Notes: generated from the sequence alone by a model not told the origin. 35,163 bases of DNA from Candidatus Nomurabacteria bacterium RIFCSPHIGHO2_02_FULL_38_15 (GCA_001785575.1 MFUC01000006.1:1-35163), one strand, 5' to 3'. Shown: positions 9,490 to 19,327, counted from the stretch's first letter. Translations and numbers: made by a program.

Positions 9490-10650
9490 TTAAGCTTCAG
9501 TTTTTGCTTCTTCTATTTTTGCTTCAGCTTTTTTATCAGGATCTATATATACCAATGTCATACGCTGATCTTTGGGCTCAAACAATGTTACTTGAAAGCC
9601 ATAAGTTTTGCCCAAGGTTAATTTTTCGCGCAAGCGTTGCTCGCCCCCAATTGATGAATTATGAATCAATCCGGCCACGCCCTCTTTGATTGAAACTAAC
9701 GCTCCATGTTTGTTGTATTTAATAACAACACCTTGCACAACATCACCCTTCTTCAAAGAGTTTTCAAAATCACGCCATGGGTTTTCGCGCAAAGCTTTAA
9801 TTGACAGCGAAACTTTACCATCTTTAATTTCAATAATTTTAGCTTTAACCTTGTCGCCGATTTTAAATCTTGAACGTGTATCATCAACCAAGCCCCAATC
9901 AATTTCAGAAATGTGCACCAAACCCTCTAATCGGTCTTCTAGTTTTAGAAATACTCCAAAATCTACGATACCAGCAACAGATGTTTCAACCTCATCGCCA
10001 ACATTGTATTTGATTAGCATTTCGCCACGGCCTGCATCCTCGCCAGTCTTTTCAGAAAAAATTAGCTTGCCTTCTTTGGGTAATGCCGAGATCATAGTTA
10101 GATTTAGTTTTTGGCCAACTAATTTTTTTAATTCAGTATGAATTTTGTCTTTGTCTGAATCAGCCACCCGTGGATAATTTTCAGGTGATAGTTGCGAAGC
10201 CGGCAAAAAGCCCATAATACCATTCCACTCAATAATCAAACCACCTTTGTTGGCATCTTTGACGACTACTTCAATAGGAGTTTTAGCCTTAATTAGTTTA
10301 TCAGCCTCGCTCCAAATCAATGCTTGCTTGGCCTCTTTTAGTGATAGCTCAACATAGCCATTTTCGTTTTCAGTATCAACTACCTTGGCCTTGATTGAAT
10401 CGCCAACGGCTACCTTTTTAATAATGTCACGCGCGACCATAAATTCACGACCGTAAATTATACCTGTGCTTGCGGGCCCCAGGTTAACGTAAACTGCGCT
10501 TTTGGTAATTGAAATTACTGGGCCTTCAACCAATGTATCAATAGCTGGTTTGTCGCCAGTTTTTTCCAATAAACTTTTAGCCTCACTTACTTTGTGAATT
10601 ATTATATCGTCTGCACCATTTGCATTACTTGTATTATTTGTATCATTCAT
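9490..10650 (-). CDS. rpsA: 30S ribosomal protein S1 (four S1 domains)
   Basis: Repeated S1 domains (DANKGGL, GFLPASQL, DFGVF..EGLVHISE, VSLSIK); probable start ATG 10650. Confidence 0.92.
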   Translation of the reverse strand: MNDTNNTSNANGADDIIIHKVSEAKSLLEKTGDKPAIDTLVEGPVISITKSAVYVNLGPASTGIIYGREFMVARDIIKKVAVGDSIKAKVVDTENENGYVELSLKEAKQALIWSEADKLIKAKTPIEVVVKDANKGGLIIEWNGIMGFLPASQLSPENYPRVADSDKDKIHTELKKLVGQKLNLTMISALPKEGKLIFSEKTGEDAGRGEMLIKYNVGDEVETSVAGIVDFGVFLKLEDRLEGLVHISEIDWGLVDDTRSRFKIGDKVKAKIIEIKDGKVSLSIKALRENPWRDFENSLKKGDVVQGVVIKYNKHGALVSIKEGVAGLIHNSSIGGEQRLREKLTLGKTYGFQVTLFEPKDQRMTLVYIDPDKKAEAKIEEAKTEA

Positions 10651-10781
10651 AAATATAAAATCCGCACTATTTGCGGAGGCCTCAAGTGTTCCTATTAATC
10701 CAAAATCTTTGAACGAGTAGGGGTTACATCTTGTGGCTCTATGTCTGGGGTATTCCCTAGACCTCCTAATAATATTTAAGT
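10651..10781 (-). promoter_or_regulatory. Long structured rpsA 5' UTR (candidate r-leader)
   Basis: Promoter TTGCAA (10816-10811), 17 bp, TAAGGT (10793-10788); overlapping alternative stems in the leader. Confidence 0.5.
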
Positions 10782-10843
10782 ACATCAACCTTACTACAAA
10801 ACCCTAACTTTTGCAACTCTACTCCCAATGATATAATAAATTT

Positions 10844-11287
10844 ATGAAGTCTAAAATCACTTTATTTGAAGGTCAAAACATAAGGCGAGAATGGGACGGC
10901 GAAAATGAGCTTTGGTATTTTTCAGTTGTTGATATTGTAAAAGCACTAACGGAGCAGTCAGATTTCCAAACAGCTCGAAATTATTGGAAAGTCTTAAAAC
11001 ACAGGCTTATTGCCGAAGGAAGTGAACTGGTTACAAAATGTAACCAGTTGAAAATGATAGCTGATGACGGCAAAATGCGAGAAACTGATGTTCTAGATAC
11101 AGAAAATATGCTTCGCTTGGTGCAATCTATTCCAAGTCCAAAAGCTGAACCATTCAAACTTTGGCTTGCGCAAGTTGGCTATGAAAGATTAGAGGAAACG
11201 GCTGACCCAGAGCTGGCTATTAATCGAGCGCTTAAAACATATTTTGTCGCAAGGACAGTCCTTGCGAATGGTTGCATAGTTTTTTGA
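10844..11287 (+). pseudogene. Bro-N domain protein, C-terminally truncated
   Basis: WYFSVVDIV, YWKVLK.RL, LRLVQSIPSPKAEPFKLWLAQVGYERLEE; similarity to the second copy stops after RALKT and the frame runs into a palindrome. Confidence 0.7.
11247..11267. repeat. Palindrome at the Bro-N truncation point
   Basis: TCGCAAGG-ACAGT-CCTTGCGA. Confidence 0.75.
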
Positions 11288-11306
11288 CTAGATATATAAT
11301 TGGACT

Positions 11307-11687
11307 ATGAAAAAGAAAGCCACTACAATTGAAGATTTGGCAGTTCTAATCACTAAAAATAGTGATAGTTTAGAAAAACGTTTAGGTGATCGTATTGCAA
11401 AAAGTTCTGATGCTCTAGAAAAACGTTTAGGTGATCGTATTGCAAAAAGTTCTGACTTTTTAGACAAGCGCATTGATGATTTGGCGCTAATGACAGCCAG
11501 GGGGTTTACTAGTGTTGATGAGAGATTTGAAAAAGTAGAAACTCGCCTAGACTCTTTAAACGAGAATATTAAATCCACTCGTCGTGATGTATTGGCAATA
11601 GGCGATAGATATGTACCACGTTATGAATTTGACAGTCTTTTGATACGCTTTAATAGCCTAGAGGAAAAGTTAAGACCTAAAAGATAG
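11307..11687 (+). CDS. Small coiled-coil hypothetical protein with a 15-aa tandem duplication
   Basis: Heptad pattern; own promoter TTGCAT, 17 bp, TATAAT, 6 nt before ATG. Confidence 0.8.
   Translation: MKKKATTIEDLAVLITKNSDSLEKRLGDRIAKSSDALEKRLGDRIAKSSDFLDKRIDDLALMTARGFTSVDERFEKVETRLDSLNENIKSTRRDVLAIGDRYVPRYEFDSLLIRFNSLEEKLRPKR
11371..11455 (+). repeat. Tandem direct repeat, 45-bp period, 40 identical nt
   Basis: TAGAAAAACGTTTAGGTGATCGTATTGCAAAAAGTTCTGA at 11371 and 11416. Confidence 0.95.
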
Positions 11688-11688
11688 T

Positions 11689-12093
11689 ATGAAAATGTTT
11701 AATTTGTTTAAAAAGAAAAAGGACTCAGTTTTTTCTTGGTTAAAAAGAATAAACAAAGCGGAGCAACCGCAAGCAGAAATAAATTCCTTTCATTTTGGAA
11801 TCCTTGAATTTGAAGACACTGGGTATTCTTTATATCTTACTGGTTCATCAAAATATGGTAAAGATGAAGAATGGTATTGTTTTTCAGACTTCACTCCAAA
11901 GGAAAAATATTTTAATTTAAAGGAGCAGTTTGAAAAAGTATATTCAAGCGAAGAATGGAAAGACGTTTTATATAATACAGAATTTCTTATAAGGGAGTTT
12001 GTTGCTTCACCTGAATTTAAGAAACATTTTATTTCCAAAGCAGAAGCAATAACTTTGGCTTTTGATGACGGTGATTTGGTAAGAATAATTTAG
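11689..12093 (+). CDS. Hypothetical protein
   Basis: 134-aa aromatic/acidic ORF starting 1 nt after the upstream stop. Confidence 0.75.
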   Translation: MKMFNLFKKKKDSVFSWLKRINKAEQPQAEINSFHFGILEFEDTGYSLYLTGSSKYGKDEEWYCFSDFTPKEKYFNLKEQFEKVYSSEEWKDVLYNTEFLIREFVASPEFKKHFISKAEAITLAFDDGDLVRII

Positions 12094-12099
12094 GGCTGT

Positions 12100-12124
12100 T
12101 TGCGCTAGGTCTTGCCTAGCGCAA
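12100..12124. repeat. Perfect palindrome (10-bp arms, 5-nt loop); may also act as a terminator
   Basis: TTGCGCTAGG-TCTTG-CCTAGCGCAA; core is the reverse complement of the rnhB element core AGG-CAAGA-CCT. Confidence 0.8.
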
Positions 12125-12190
12125 CTATACAAGTGAATTTTTAGGCCTAAATGGGTTTTATTGTTCACTCATATATGCTATAATGGTTGT

Positions 12191-12847
12191 ATGATAATTT
12201 CTTATTTGGGCAAGGAGTGTTTTAAAATAACCCAGGGGGATTTTACCTGCGTTTTAAACCCACCTAACAAGGACTCGGCGTGGTCAAAGGGCATGTCGCG
12301 CTTTGGGGCGAATGTGGCTATTTCCACCACATTGACTGATGACTTTTCAGGCACAGATTTATTTTCGTATGGCGAAACAGTGCCTTTTGAAATTCGCGGG
12401 GCAGGAAGGTACGAAATTGACGGCATTGAGGTTACGGGTGCGGGTTTTTATATTGACAGGGCAGTTGGCAATGGCAAGGGGACTGAAAAAATCTTGAACA
12501 CAGTTTATAGCATAACAATAGACGACATTGACATTGCCTTTTTGGGGCCAATTAATACAGCTGAAATTACCGGTGAGGCACGTGAAGTTTTGGGTAGTCC
12601 ACATATTTTATTTGTACCAATTGGCGGGGCCGATGTGATTGACCCAAAACAAGCGGCTAAAATTGCCGTGATGCTAGACGCCCACATTACCATACCCATG
12701 GATTATGGTAGTGACCAAAATCCTGACGCCTTGAAAATGTTTTTGAAGGAAATGGGCGCCGAGGGTGTAAAACCCGAGGACAAGCTAACCCTAAAACGTC
12801 GCGACATTGAATCAAAAGAAGGCGAAGTTATGGTTTTGAGCTGTTAA
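12191..12847 (+). CDS. MBL-fold hydrolase-like protein with degenerate metal site
   Basis: ISYLGKECFKI, GRYEIDGI, NTVY, ILFVPIGG, IPMDY; expected HxHxDH replaced by TTLTDD. Confidence 0.8.
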   Translation: MIISYLGKECFKITQGDFTCVLNPPNKDSAWSKGMSRFGANVAISTTLTDDFSGTDLFSYGETVPFEIRGAGRYEIDGIEVTGAGFYIDRAVGNGKGTEKILNTVYSITIDDIDIAFLGPINTAEITGEAREVLGSPHILFVPIGGADVIDPKQAAKIAVMLDAHITIPMDYGSDQNPDALKMFLKEMGAEGVKPEDKLTLKRRDIESKEGEVMVLSC

Positions 12848-12877
12848 ATTTTTTATGTAAATATTATAAAAGATATT

Positions 12878-13156
12878 ATGGACGATCAAAATAATCACAC
12901 TAATAACAAGCAGGCAAATAATACCAAAGATTTGCAACACAAAATCAAGGCGGGTTTTTATACAGCTATAATTTTTGCTATAATCGTTGTAATTTGGGTT
13001 TATACTAACCCAATGTTTAATAAAAAAAGCTTAACAAACGGTAGTGCAGGTAATATAATAACCCCTGATATTGTGGGGCAAGTGCAGTCAATTGGGCAAA
13101 GCTTCAGCACAATGTGGGCCGACATGGTTAATGGTGTTAGGAATCTAAAAAAATAA
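12878..13156 (+). CDS. Small single-pass membrane protein
   Basis: One hydrophobic helix ([15 protein letters not shown]). Confidence 0.7.
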   Translation: MDDQNNHTNNKQANNTKDLQHKIKAGFYTAIIFAIIVVIWVYTNPMFNKKSLTNGSAGNIITPDIVGQVQSIGQSFSTMWADMVNGVRNLKK

Positions 13157-13175
13157 AACTAAACTAAAAACAGCT

Positions 13176-15695
13176 ATGCCAAAAGAAAAAGCTTCAAAAC
13201 TAAATGATGATTTTGACCCAAACGCAAACAACGGTGGGGTTAATAATACTGGCATAAATGTAGCGGGCTTTAAAAGTATTTTGCCTGTGTCTATCGTGGA
13301 CGAAATGAAAAGCTCATATTTGGACTATGCCATGAGCGTGATTACGTCGCGAGCCTTGCCCGATGTTAGGGACGGCTTGAAGCCCGTACACCGCCGGATA
13401 CTTTTTTCAATGTATGAAAATGGCCTAACCGCCAGTGCCAAGTTTAAAAAATCAGCTTTTATTGTGGGTGATGTATTGGGTAAATACCACCCGCATGGTG
13501 ATGCGTCAGTGTATGATGCCATGGTTAATTTGGCTCAACCTTTTTCAACTCGCTACCCATTGGTTTTTGGGCAGGGTAACTTTGGTTCAATTGATGGTGA
13601 CAGTCAGGCCGCCATGCGTTATACCGAGGCCCGCATGTCTAAAATCGCCATGGAAATGATGCGCGACATTAACAAGGAAACTGTCAGTTTTTCACCTAAC
13701 TATGACGGCACCCGCAAGGAACCAACGGTTATGCCTACTGTTGTGCCACAGCTATTATTGAACGGTACATTGGGTATTGCCGTTGGTATGGCTACAAATA
13801 TGGCACCGCATAATTTGCGCGAAGTTGTTGATGCAACCGTGCATATGATTGATAATCCAAATGCCACAACCGAGGACTTGATGGACTATATACAAGGCCC
13901 CGATTTCCCAATAGGTGGTATTGCTTATGGCAAGGCCGACATTTTGCGAGCCTATTCATCGGGCCGGGGCGGGGTAGTTACACGAGGCGAGGCTGAAATT
14001 GTTGAAACAAAAAGCGGGCAATTTAATATTATTATTTCATCGATCCCATACAGGGTAGTTAAACAAAATTTAGTCACAGCTATTGCCGAGTTGGTACATG
14101 AAAAAAAGCTGGAGGGTATCAAAGACATGCGCGACGAATCAACCGATGAAATTCGCGTTGTCATAGAATTAAAAAACGGTGTGGCCCCTGAAAGAGTTTT
14201 AAATTATTTATATAAACACACACAATTGGAACAAGCCTTTCATTTTAACATGGTGGCATTAGTTGATGGCGTACCCCAAACATTGTCATTGTCATCATTA
14301 ATTAGTAATTTTATATTGCACCGCGAAACGGTTGTGCGCTTGCGTACTGAATATGACTTGAAAAAGGCCAAAGAGCGCGAGCACATATTACTGGGCTTGA
14401 AAAAGGCACTTGACCACATTGATCAAGTTATAAAAATTATTCGCGAATCCAAAGACGCGAGTGTGGCCAAAGTTAATTTGATGAAGGAATTCAAATTCTC
14501 GGAACTGCAAACAATGGCAATATTGGAAATGCGTTTGCAAAAACTGGCTGGCCTTGAGCGCAAAGCCGTTGAGTTGGAGTTGAAGGAAATACAGGTGTTA
14601 ATTGGCGAGTTGGAAGCAATTTTGGCTTCACGCCCTAAAATGCTTAAAATTATCAAGGACGAATTGTTGGAAGTGCGTGAAAAATACGGTGACGACCGCC
14701 GAACTAAAATTGTCAAAGGTGGGGTTAAATCTATTAATGACGAGGACTTGATCCCCAACAAAGAAACAGTTTTGGTTTATACAAAAGGTGGCTATATCAA
14801 ACGTACCGATCCTGATGAGTACCGCGCCCAAAAACGTGGCGGTGTGGGGGTAATTGATATTGAAACCAAGGACGAGGATTTCGTAACGATGTTGATTTCA
14901 GCCAATACGCATGCTGACTTGCTATTTTTTACCAATTTAGGCAAAGCTTACCAAATAAAAATGTACGATATCCCCGAGGGTAAAAAGGCGACCAAGGGCA
15001 AATCGATTATGAACTTTTTGTCTATTACCCAAAACGAATTTATTACATCTATTTTGCCAATCTCCAAGGAAAATAAAGACAGCGTAAAAGCTTTGGTTTT
15101 GGTCACGAAAAATGGTGATGCCAAGAAAGTCTCGGCTAGTAGTTTTAAAGATGTGCGTCGCAGTGGCATAATTTCTATCAAATTAGGCGCTGGCGACGAA
15201 CTGGTTTCAGTGCTACCTGTAACTGACTCTGACGAAGTCGTGATTGTTTCAACCGAGGGTCAATCAATTAGGTTCAAAGAATCAGACATTCGCGAAATGG
15301 GTCGTTCGGCCGGTGGGGTGCGTGCTATGAAGCTTGATAAAACTGATTTTATTGTAGGTGTAGATGTTATTAAAAAGAATGGCGACAACAAAAGTGCCGG
15401 TAAGCTCTTAACTATGAGCGCGCATGGTTTGGGCAAACAAACAAATTTAAACGAATATAAAGTTCAAAAGCGTGGTGGTAGTGGTATTAAAACTGCCAAG
15501 GTCACTGAAAAAACTGGTAATTTAATTATTGCCAAAGTCATAAATGATCAAGAGGAATTAATTGCCGTTTCGCAAAAAGGCCAAATAATTCGTACCAGCA
15601 TACAATCAGTGCCAACACTGGGCCGTGACACCCAAGGTGTTACCGTCATGAAGCTTCGCCCCGGCGACAGTATTGCCTCGTTTACGTGTTTGTAG
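13176..15695 (+). CDS. gyrA: DNA gyrase subunit A
   Basis: YHPHGD, AAMRYTE catalytic Tyr, GyrA box QKRGGVG, beta-pinwheel repeats. Confidence 0.98.
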   Translation: MPKEKASKLNDDFDPNANNGGVNNTGINVAGFKSILPVSIVDEMKSSYLDYAMSVITSRALPDVRDGLKPVHRRILFSMYENGLTASAKFKKSAFIVGDVLGKYHPHGDASVYDAMVNLAQPFSTRYPLVFGQGNFGSIDGDSQAAMRYTEARMSKIAMEMMRDINKETVSFSPNYDGTRKEPTVMPTVVPQLLLNGTLGIAVGMATNMAPHNLREVVDATVHMIDNPNATTEDLMDYIQGPDFPIGGIAYGKADILRAYSSGRGGVVTRGEAEIVETKSGQFNIIISSIPYRVVKQNLVTAIAELVHEKKLEGIKDMRDESTDEIRVVIELKNGVAPERVLNYLYKHTQLEQAFHFNMVALVDGVPQTLSLSSLISNFILHRETVVRLRTEYDLKKAKEREHILLGLKKALDHIDQVIKIIRESKDASVAKVNLMKEFKFSELQTMAILEMRLQKLAGLERKAVELELKEIQVLIGELEAILASRPKMLKIIKDELLEVREKYGDDRRTKIVKGGVKSINDEDLIPNKETVLVYTKGGYIKRTDPDEYRAQKRGGVGVIDIETKDEDFVTMLISANTHADLLFFTNLGKAYQIKMYDIPEGKKATKGKSIMNFLSITQNEFITSILPISKENKDSVKALVLVTKNGDAKKVSASSFKDVRRSGIISIKLGAGDELVSVLPVTDSDEVVIVSTEGQSIRFKESDIREMGRSAGGVRAMKLDKTDFIVGVDVIKKNGDNKSAGKLLTMSAHGLGKQTNLNEYKVQKRGGSGIKTAKVTEKTGNLIIAKVINDQEELIAVSQKGQIIRTSIQSVPTLGRDTQGVTVMKLRPGDSIASFTCL

Positions 15696-15737
15696 AAAGG
15701 GGTGGGTAATTCGTGTCGTGTTTGATATACTATGTAC

Positions 15738-16250
15738 ATGATCGATGCGCCGCATAAAATTTTGGCACAGTTAGTTATACACCCCGGGGCGTGTGTAATT
15801 GATTTTGGGGCGGGCTTTGGTACGTATTCATTACTACTTTCAGATATGGTTGGCCCCAAGGGTAGCGTTTTTGCCGTTGATGTACAAAGCCATTTAATTG
15901 ACCAAATAAAAAAGAGTGCGAATGATAAGGGTAAAAAAAATGTGTACCCCATGCATGCCGATGTTGAAAAATTAGGTGGCGTGCCATTAAATTCGGACGT
16001 AGCCGACTATATTTTTATTGTAAATGTTTTAAACGAAGTAGATGACAAAAGGATTGTTTTTGAAGAGGCTAAAAGGTTGTTAAAAAACTCGGGCCACCTA
16101 GTCGTTGTTGAGCATGCCAATACGCCCTTGCCAGGCATAAAAGAGTTTAAACTAAACGAATGTGAGGCGGTGGCCAAAAATATTGGCTTTAATAAAATTG
16201 AAAAAGTTGATGCGGGCGAATTTGCTTATGGTATAATATATCAAGCATAA
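15738..16250 (+). CDS. Class I SAM-dependent methyltransferase
   Basis: VIDFGAGFG motif I, VFAVDVQ, RLLKNSGHLVVVE; ATG 15738 lies 6 nt after TATACT (alternative start 15732). Confidence 0.88.
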   Translation: MIDAPHKILAQLVIHPGACVIDFGAGFGTYSLLLSDMVGPKGSVFAVDVQSHLIDQIKKSANDKGKKNVYPMHADVEKLGGVPLNSDVADYIFIVNVLNEVDDKRIVFEEAKRLLKNSGHLVVVEHANTPLPGIKEFKLNECEAVAKNIGFNKIEKVDAGEFAYGIIYQA

Positions 16251-16253
16251 TAT

Positions 16254-17576
16254 ATGAAAGACGGACAAAGTAAAAAAAGATTTGCCATAATACTAGCCTT
16301 TGTGGGGGCGGGAGTTTTTATTTTAGGTGTCTTGTTCTTTTCGGGCAAATTGGGTGGCAACAATAGTAATACGGCCACAGCCCCTGAGGGTACAATTGTA
16401 GTATGGGGTACATTGCCTGATGAGGCTTTTAATAATGCCGTGCAAGTTATAACCAACAAGCAAAGCAAAATCGCAGTTTTGTATACGCAAGTTAAACCAG
16501 ATGAATTAAAATCTAAATTAGTTGAGGCAATTGCCTCGGATGTCAGCCCCGACATGATTGTGTCCGACACTGCAACTTTTTATAGTATCAAGCAATACAC
16601 CCAAGCCTTGCCCTATACGACCTACCCCGAGGCTGGCTTTAGGCAAAGCTTTTCAAATGCAACACATGACATGGTTGCACCCGAGGGTATTTTAGCTATA
16701 CCAATTGGTATTGATCCAATGATGATGTTTTATAACCGCGAAATCTTGGCGGCCGCCGGTTATGCCAACCCGCCAACTACTTGGGCCAACGTATACAGTA
16801 TGGCACCTGATATTATAAAAATTGAAAAAGGCCAACTAATTCGCCAGGAATTGTTGCCTTTTGGGCAGTATAAAAATGTTGATAATGCATGGGCCATACT
16901 TTCAACACTGTTTGCCCAATCACGCGTGCCAATTGCTAAAACTGACCCTACAATGGGTAAGGCCGTGAATATGGCTACATCTGACGTTGGTGAACTGTCC
17001 AATGCCGGGCAAAAAGTTTTAGAATTTTACACCCAATTCTCTGACCCCAAGAGCGAATTTTACACTTGGAACCGGTCAATGTTGGATTCAAAAAAAGAAT
17101 TTTTAGAGGGTCGGTTGGCTTTTTTACCAAACTTTGCCTCATTGACCAAAGACATTCGTGACCGCAACCCAAATTTGAATTTTGCCGTGGCCAGCATGCC
17201 CCAGTTAAATACTGACCCTAAATATCAGGCCACATTTGGTAATGTATATGTGGCTAGTGTTTTAAAAAAGACCACGAACCCCAATGCCGCCTATGCAATT
17301 TGGTTTGAAATGGCCGGGGCCGACTTTCAAAAGGCTTTTGCCCAAAGCCTAATGATGGCTCCGGCCCTAAACACACTACTAATGTTGCCACCTGAAACAA
17401 CCTATTTGCCGGTTGTGTATAAAAGCGCCCTGATTGCTAAAACTTGGTATAATGATGACATGCTTAAAACTAACCAAGCCTTTAATCAAATGATTGAAGG
17501 GGTCATTTCAGGCAAGCAAACACCCCAAGAGGCAATTTATCAGGCCGAAAGGATTTTAAGCGGCGATAACTTCTAA
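16254..17576 (+). CDS. Membrane-anchored extracellular solute-binding protein (family 1, sugar-type)
   Basis: N-terminal TM, IVVWG, PDMI, AIPIGIDPMMMFYNREIL..AG...PPTTW, FLEGRLAF. Confidence 0.85.
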   Translation: MKDGQSKKRFAIILAFVGAGVFILGVLFFSGKLGGNNSNTATAPEGTIVVWGTLPDEAFNNAVQVITNKQSKIAVLYTQVKPDELKSKLVEAIASDVSPDMIVSDTATFYSIKQYTQALPYTTYPEAGFRQSFSNATHDMVAPEGILAIPIGIDPMMMFYNREILAAAGYANPPTTWANVYSMAPDIIKIEKGQLIRQELLPFGQYKNVDNAWAILSTLFAQSRVPIAKTDPTMGKAVNMATSDVGELSNAGQKVLEFYTQFSDPKSEFYTWNRSMLDSKKEFLEGRLAFLPNFASLTKDIRDRNPNLNFAVASMPQLNTDPKYQATFGNVYVASVLKKTTNPNAAYAIWFEMAGADFQKAFAQSLMMAPALNTLLMLPPETTYLPVVYKSALIAKTWYNDDMLKTNQAFNQMIEGVISGKQTPQEAIYQAERILSGDNF

Positions 17577-17960
17577 ATGATCAAAAGAATTAAAAACAAA
17601 ATACTTTTTTTGCTAGCTTTAGGTAGTATATTTATTGGTGGGGGTGTCAGTGCCGCAGGACTTGTGCCATGCGAGGGAATTGACGATTGCAACTTTGACA
17701 CATTGATTTTGCTTTTAAACAATATTGCCAGTTTTATATTCTTTCGTTTACCTATTATATTATTGGTCGTGTTTTTTGCCTGGAACGGTATTAATTTAAT
17801 AATTTACCGCGACCGCCCAGCCTTTATGAAGCTTTTTAAAAAAAATATTTGGAATGTTTTGCTGGGTTACCTGCTGGTCGTGGGGGCATATTTGCTGGTT
17901 AAAACATTTATTACCATTATTGCTGGTCAAGACTTAACATTTAAGGTATTCTTTAATTAG
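17577..17960 (+). CDS. VirB2/T4SS-pilin-like protein 1
   Basis: Signal peptide (VSA-A), Cys pair (GLVPC...C), two hydrophobic helices around a basic loop. Confidence 0.7.
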   Translation: MIKRIKNKILFLLALGSIFIGGGVSAAGLVPCEGIDDCNFDTLILLLNNIASFIFFRLPIILLVVFFAWNGINLIIYRDRPAFMKLFKKNIWNVLLGYLLVVGAYLLVKTFITIIAGQDLTFKVFFN

Positions 17961-17961
17961 T

Positions 17962-18444
17962 ATGAAAATTATGAATTCTAAAATATTTACAAATAATTTC
18001 AAGAGAGTTTTTATAAGTTTATTTTTTGTCAGCATTTTGTTTACTGGCACGTTGGTTGTAAATAACCAAAGTGCTTTTGCCGATAAACACGAAAAAGTTG
18101 ATGTTAAAGCTGACAAGGATGATGCCGACGTAAAAGCTGATGATCCAGCGGGCGCAAAACCAGGCCTACAAATAACCCTAACCAACCCTCTAAAATCAGA
18201 AAATCTAGAGGATTTTGTGCAAGTTGTGCTGGCGGTGATTCTTAAATTTTTAATCCCAATCTTGGCGATTTTGTTTATTTATACCGGCTTTCAGCTGGTT
18301 ATGTCAGGTGGTGACAAAGCTGCCAGGAAGACGGCTAAAGACAACTTCTTTAACCTAGTTATTGGGGCAGTGTTGATTTTGGGTGCTTGGACATTTGGTA
18401 ATGTTATATTAAATACATTAAGAGAAACTGGAATTTTAAACTAA
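17962..18444 (+). CDS. VirB2/T4SS-pilin-like protein 2
   Basis: Signal peptide (AFA-D), LTNPL, IYTGFQLVMSGGD...AK..FNLVIGAVLILGA. Confidence 0.8.
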   Translation: MKIMNSKIFTNNFKRVFISLFFVSILFTGTLVVNNQSAFADKHEKVDVKADKDDADVKADDPAGAKPGLQITLTNPLKSENLEDFVQVVLAVILKFLIPILAILFIYTGFQLVMSGGDKAARKTAKDNFFNLVIGAVLILGAWTFGNVILNTLRETGILN

Positions 18445-18449
18445 ATACT

Positions 18450-18842
18450 ATGATTAAAACAAAAAACATATTAAAAAAATCATTAAAAACTTTACCCCTA
18501 GCCTTTTTACCGCTCATAGCTTTTGCCCAAACTGGCAGTACTTTGTGCGGGCCAATTAAGTACTCTAAATCATTGCAATGGTATTTGTGCGAAGTGTACA
18601 AAATTATTGGCCAGTATTTAATACCTTTGTTAATGTTGGCGGCCACTGGGTTTTTTATTTACGGCATTGTAATGTTTATTAAAAATGCCAACAATGAAAC
18701 CAAGCGCACAGAGTACAAAAATTACATGACCTGGGGTATTGTGGCATTGTTTGTGATGGTTTCAGTTTGGGGTATTGTGGCGATTTTGGGCCAAATTGTG
18801 GGTACAGATACATCAGTTATTCCACAAATTCGGTATAAATAG
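18450..18842 (+). CDS. VirB2/T4SS-pilin-like protein 3
   Basis: Signal peptide (AFA-Q), FFIYGIVMFI..A...KR....MTWGIVALFVMVSVWGIV. Confidence 0.8.
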   Translation: MIKTKNILKKSLKTLPLAFLPLIAFAQTGSTLCGPIKYSKSLQWYLCEVYKIIGQYLIPLLMLAATGFFIYGIVMFIKNANNETKRTEYKNYMTWGIVALFVMVSVWGIVAILGQIVGTDTSVIPQIRYK

Positions 18843-18873
18843 TTGACTTTTTATTTATGATATATGCTATAAT
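18843..18873 (+). promoter_or_regulatory. Internal promoter upstream of pilin 4
   Basis: TTGACT (18843-18848), 19 bp spacer, extended -10 TGc-TATAAT (18868-18873). Confidence 0.6.
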
Positions 18874-18918
18874 CTAACTATAAAGGTTTTTATTAGTAAA
18901 CATTTATTTAATTTAATT

Positions 18919-19305
18919 ATGAAAAAAGTATTATTGATTTTAGGTTCAGCCTTGGCACCAGTTTTAGCTTTTGCGCAAGCAACGCCTAATTTTGGGTATG
19001 TTACAAGTGGTGTTACTCAAATATACACCTTATTTACAACCTACCTTATACCAGGGTTAATGCTAATAGCTACGGGCTTCTTCATTTGGGGAGTTATTGG
19101 TTATATAAGGGCTAGCAGTGACGATGCCAAGAAGGAGGCTAAACACCGATTGGTTCAAAGCGTCATTGCCTTGGCCGTTATTGTATCAGTTTGGGGTATT
19201 ATTGCATTGTTGCAAAGTATTTTAGGTGTTAGGGCGTCATCAACAACAAATGTTGTTTGTCCTCCTGGGTATACTGCTGTTGGTGCACGTTGCCTACCTA
19301 TATAA
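18919..19305 (+). CDS. VirB2/T4SS-pilin-like protein 4
   Basis: Signal peptide (AFA-Q), FFIWGVIGYI...AKKEAK..SVIALAVIVSVWGII, C-terminal Cys pair. Confidence 0.8.
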   Translation: MKKVLLILGSALAPVLAFAQATPNFGYVTSGVTQIYTLFTTYLIPGLMLIATGFFIWGVIGYIRASSDDAKKEAKHRLVQSVIALAVIVSVWGIIALLQSILGVRASSTTNVVCPPGYTAVGARCLPI

Positions 19306-19327
19306 ATAATAATGTTTATAAACCATT

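Noticed and set aside
11371..11455. Direct repeat as a CRISPR array
   Set aside because: Only two units, a 5-nt gap, in-frame within a CDS, and no cas genes
10844..12093. Prophage remnant suggested by the Bro-N gene
   Set aside because: No integrase, structural or replication phage genes and no att duplication seen
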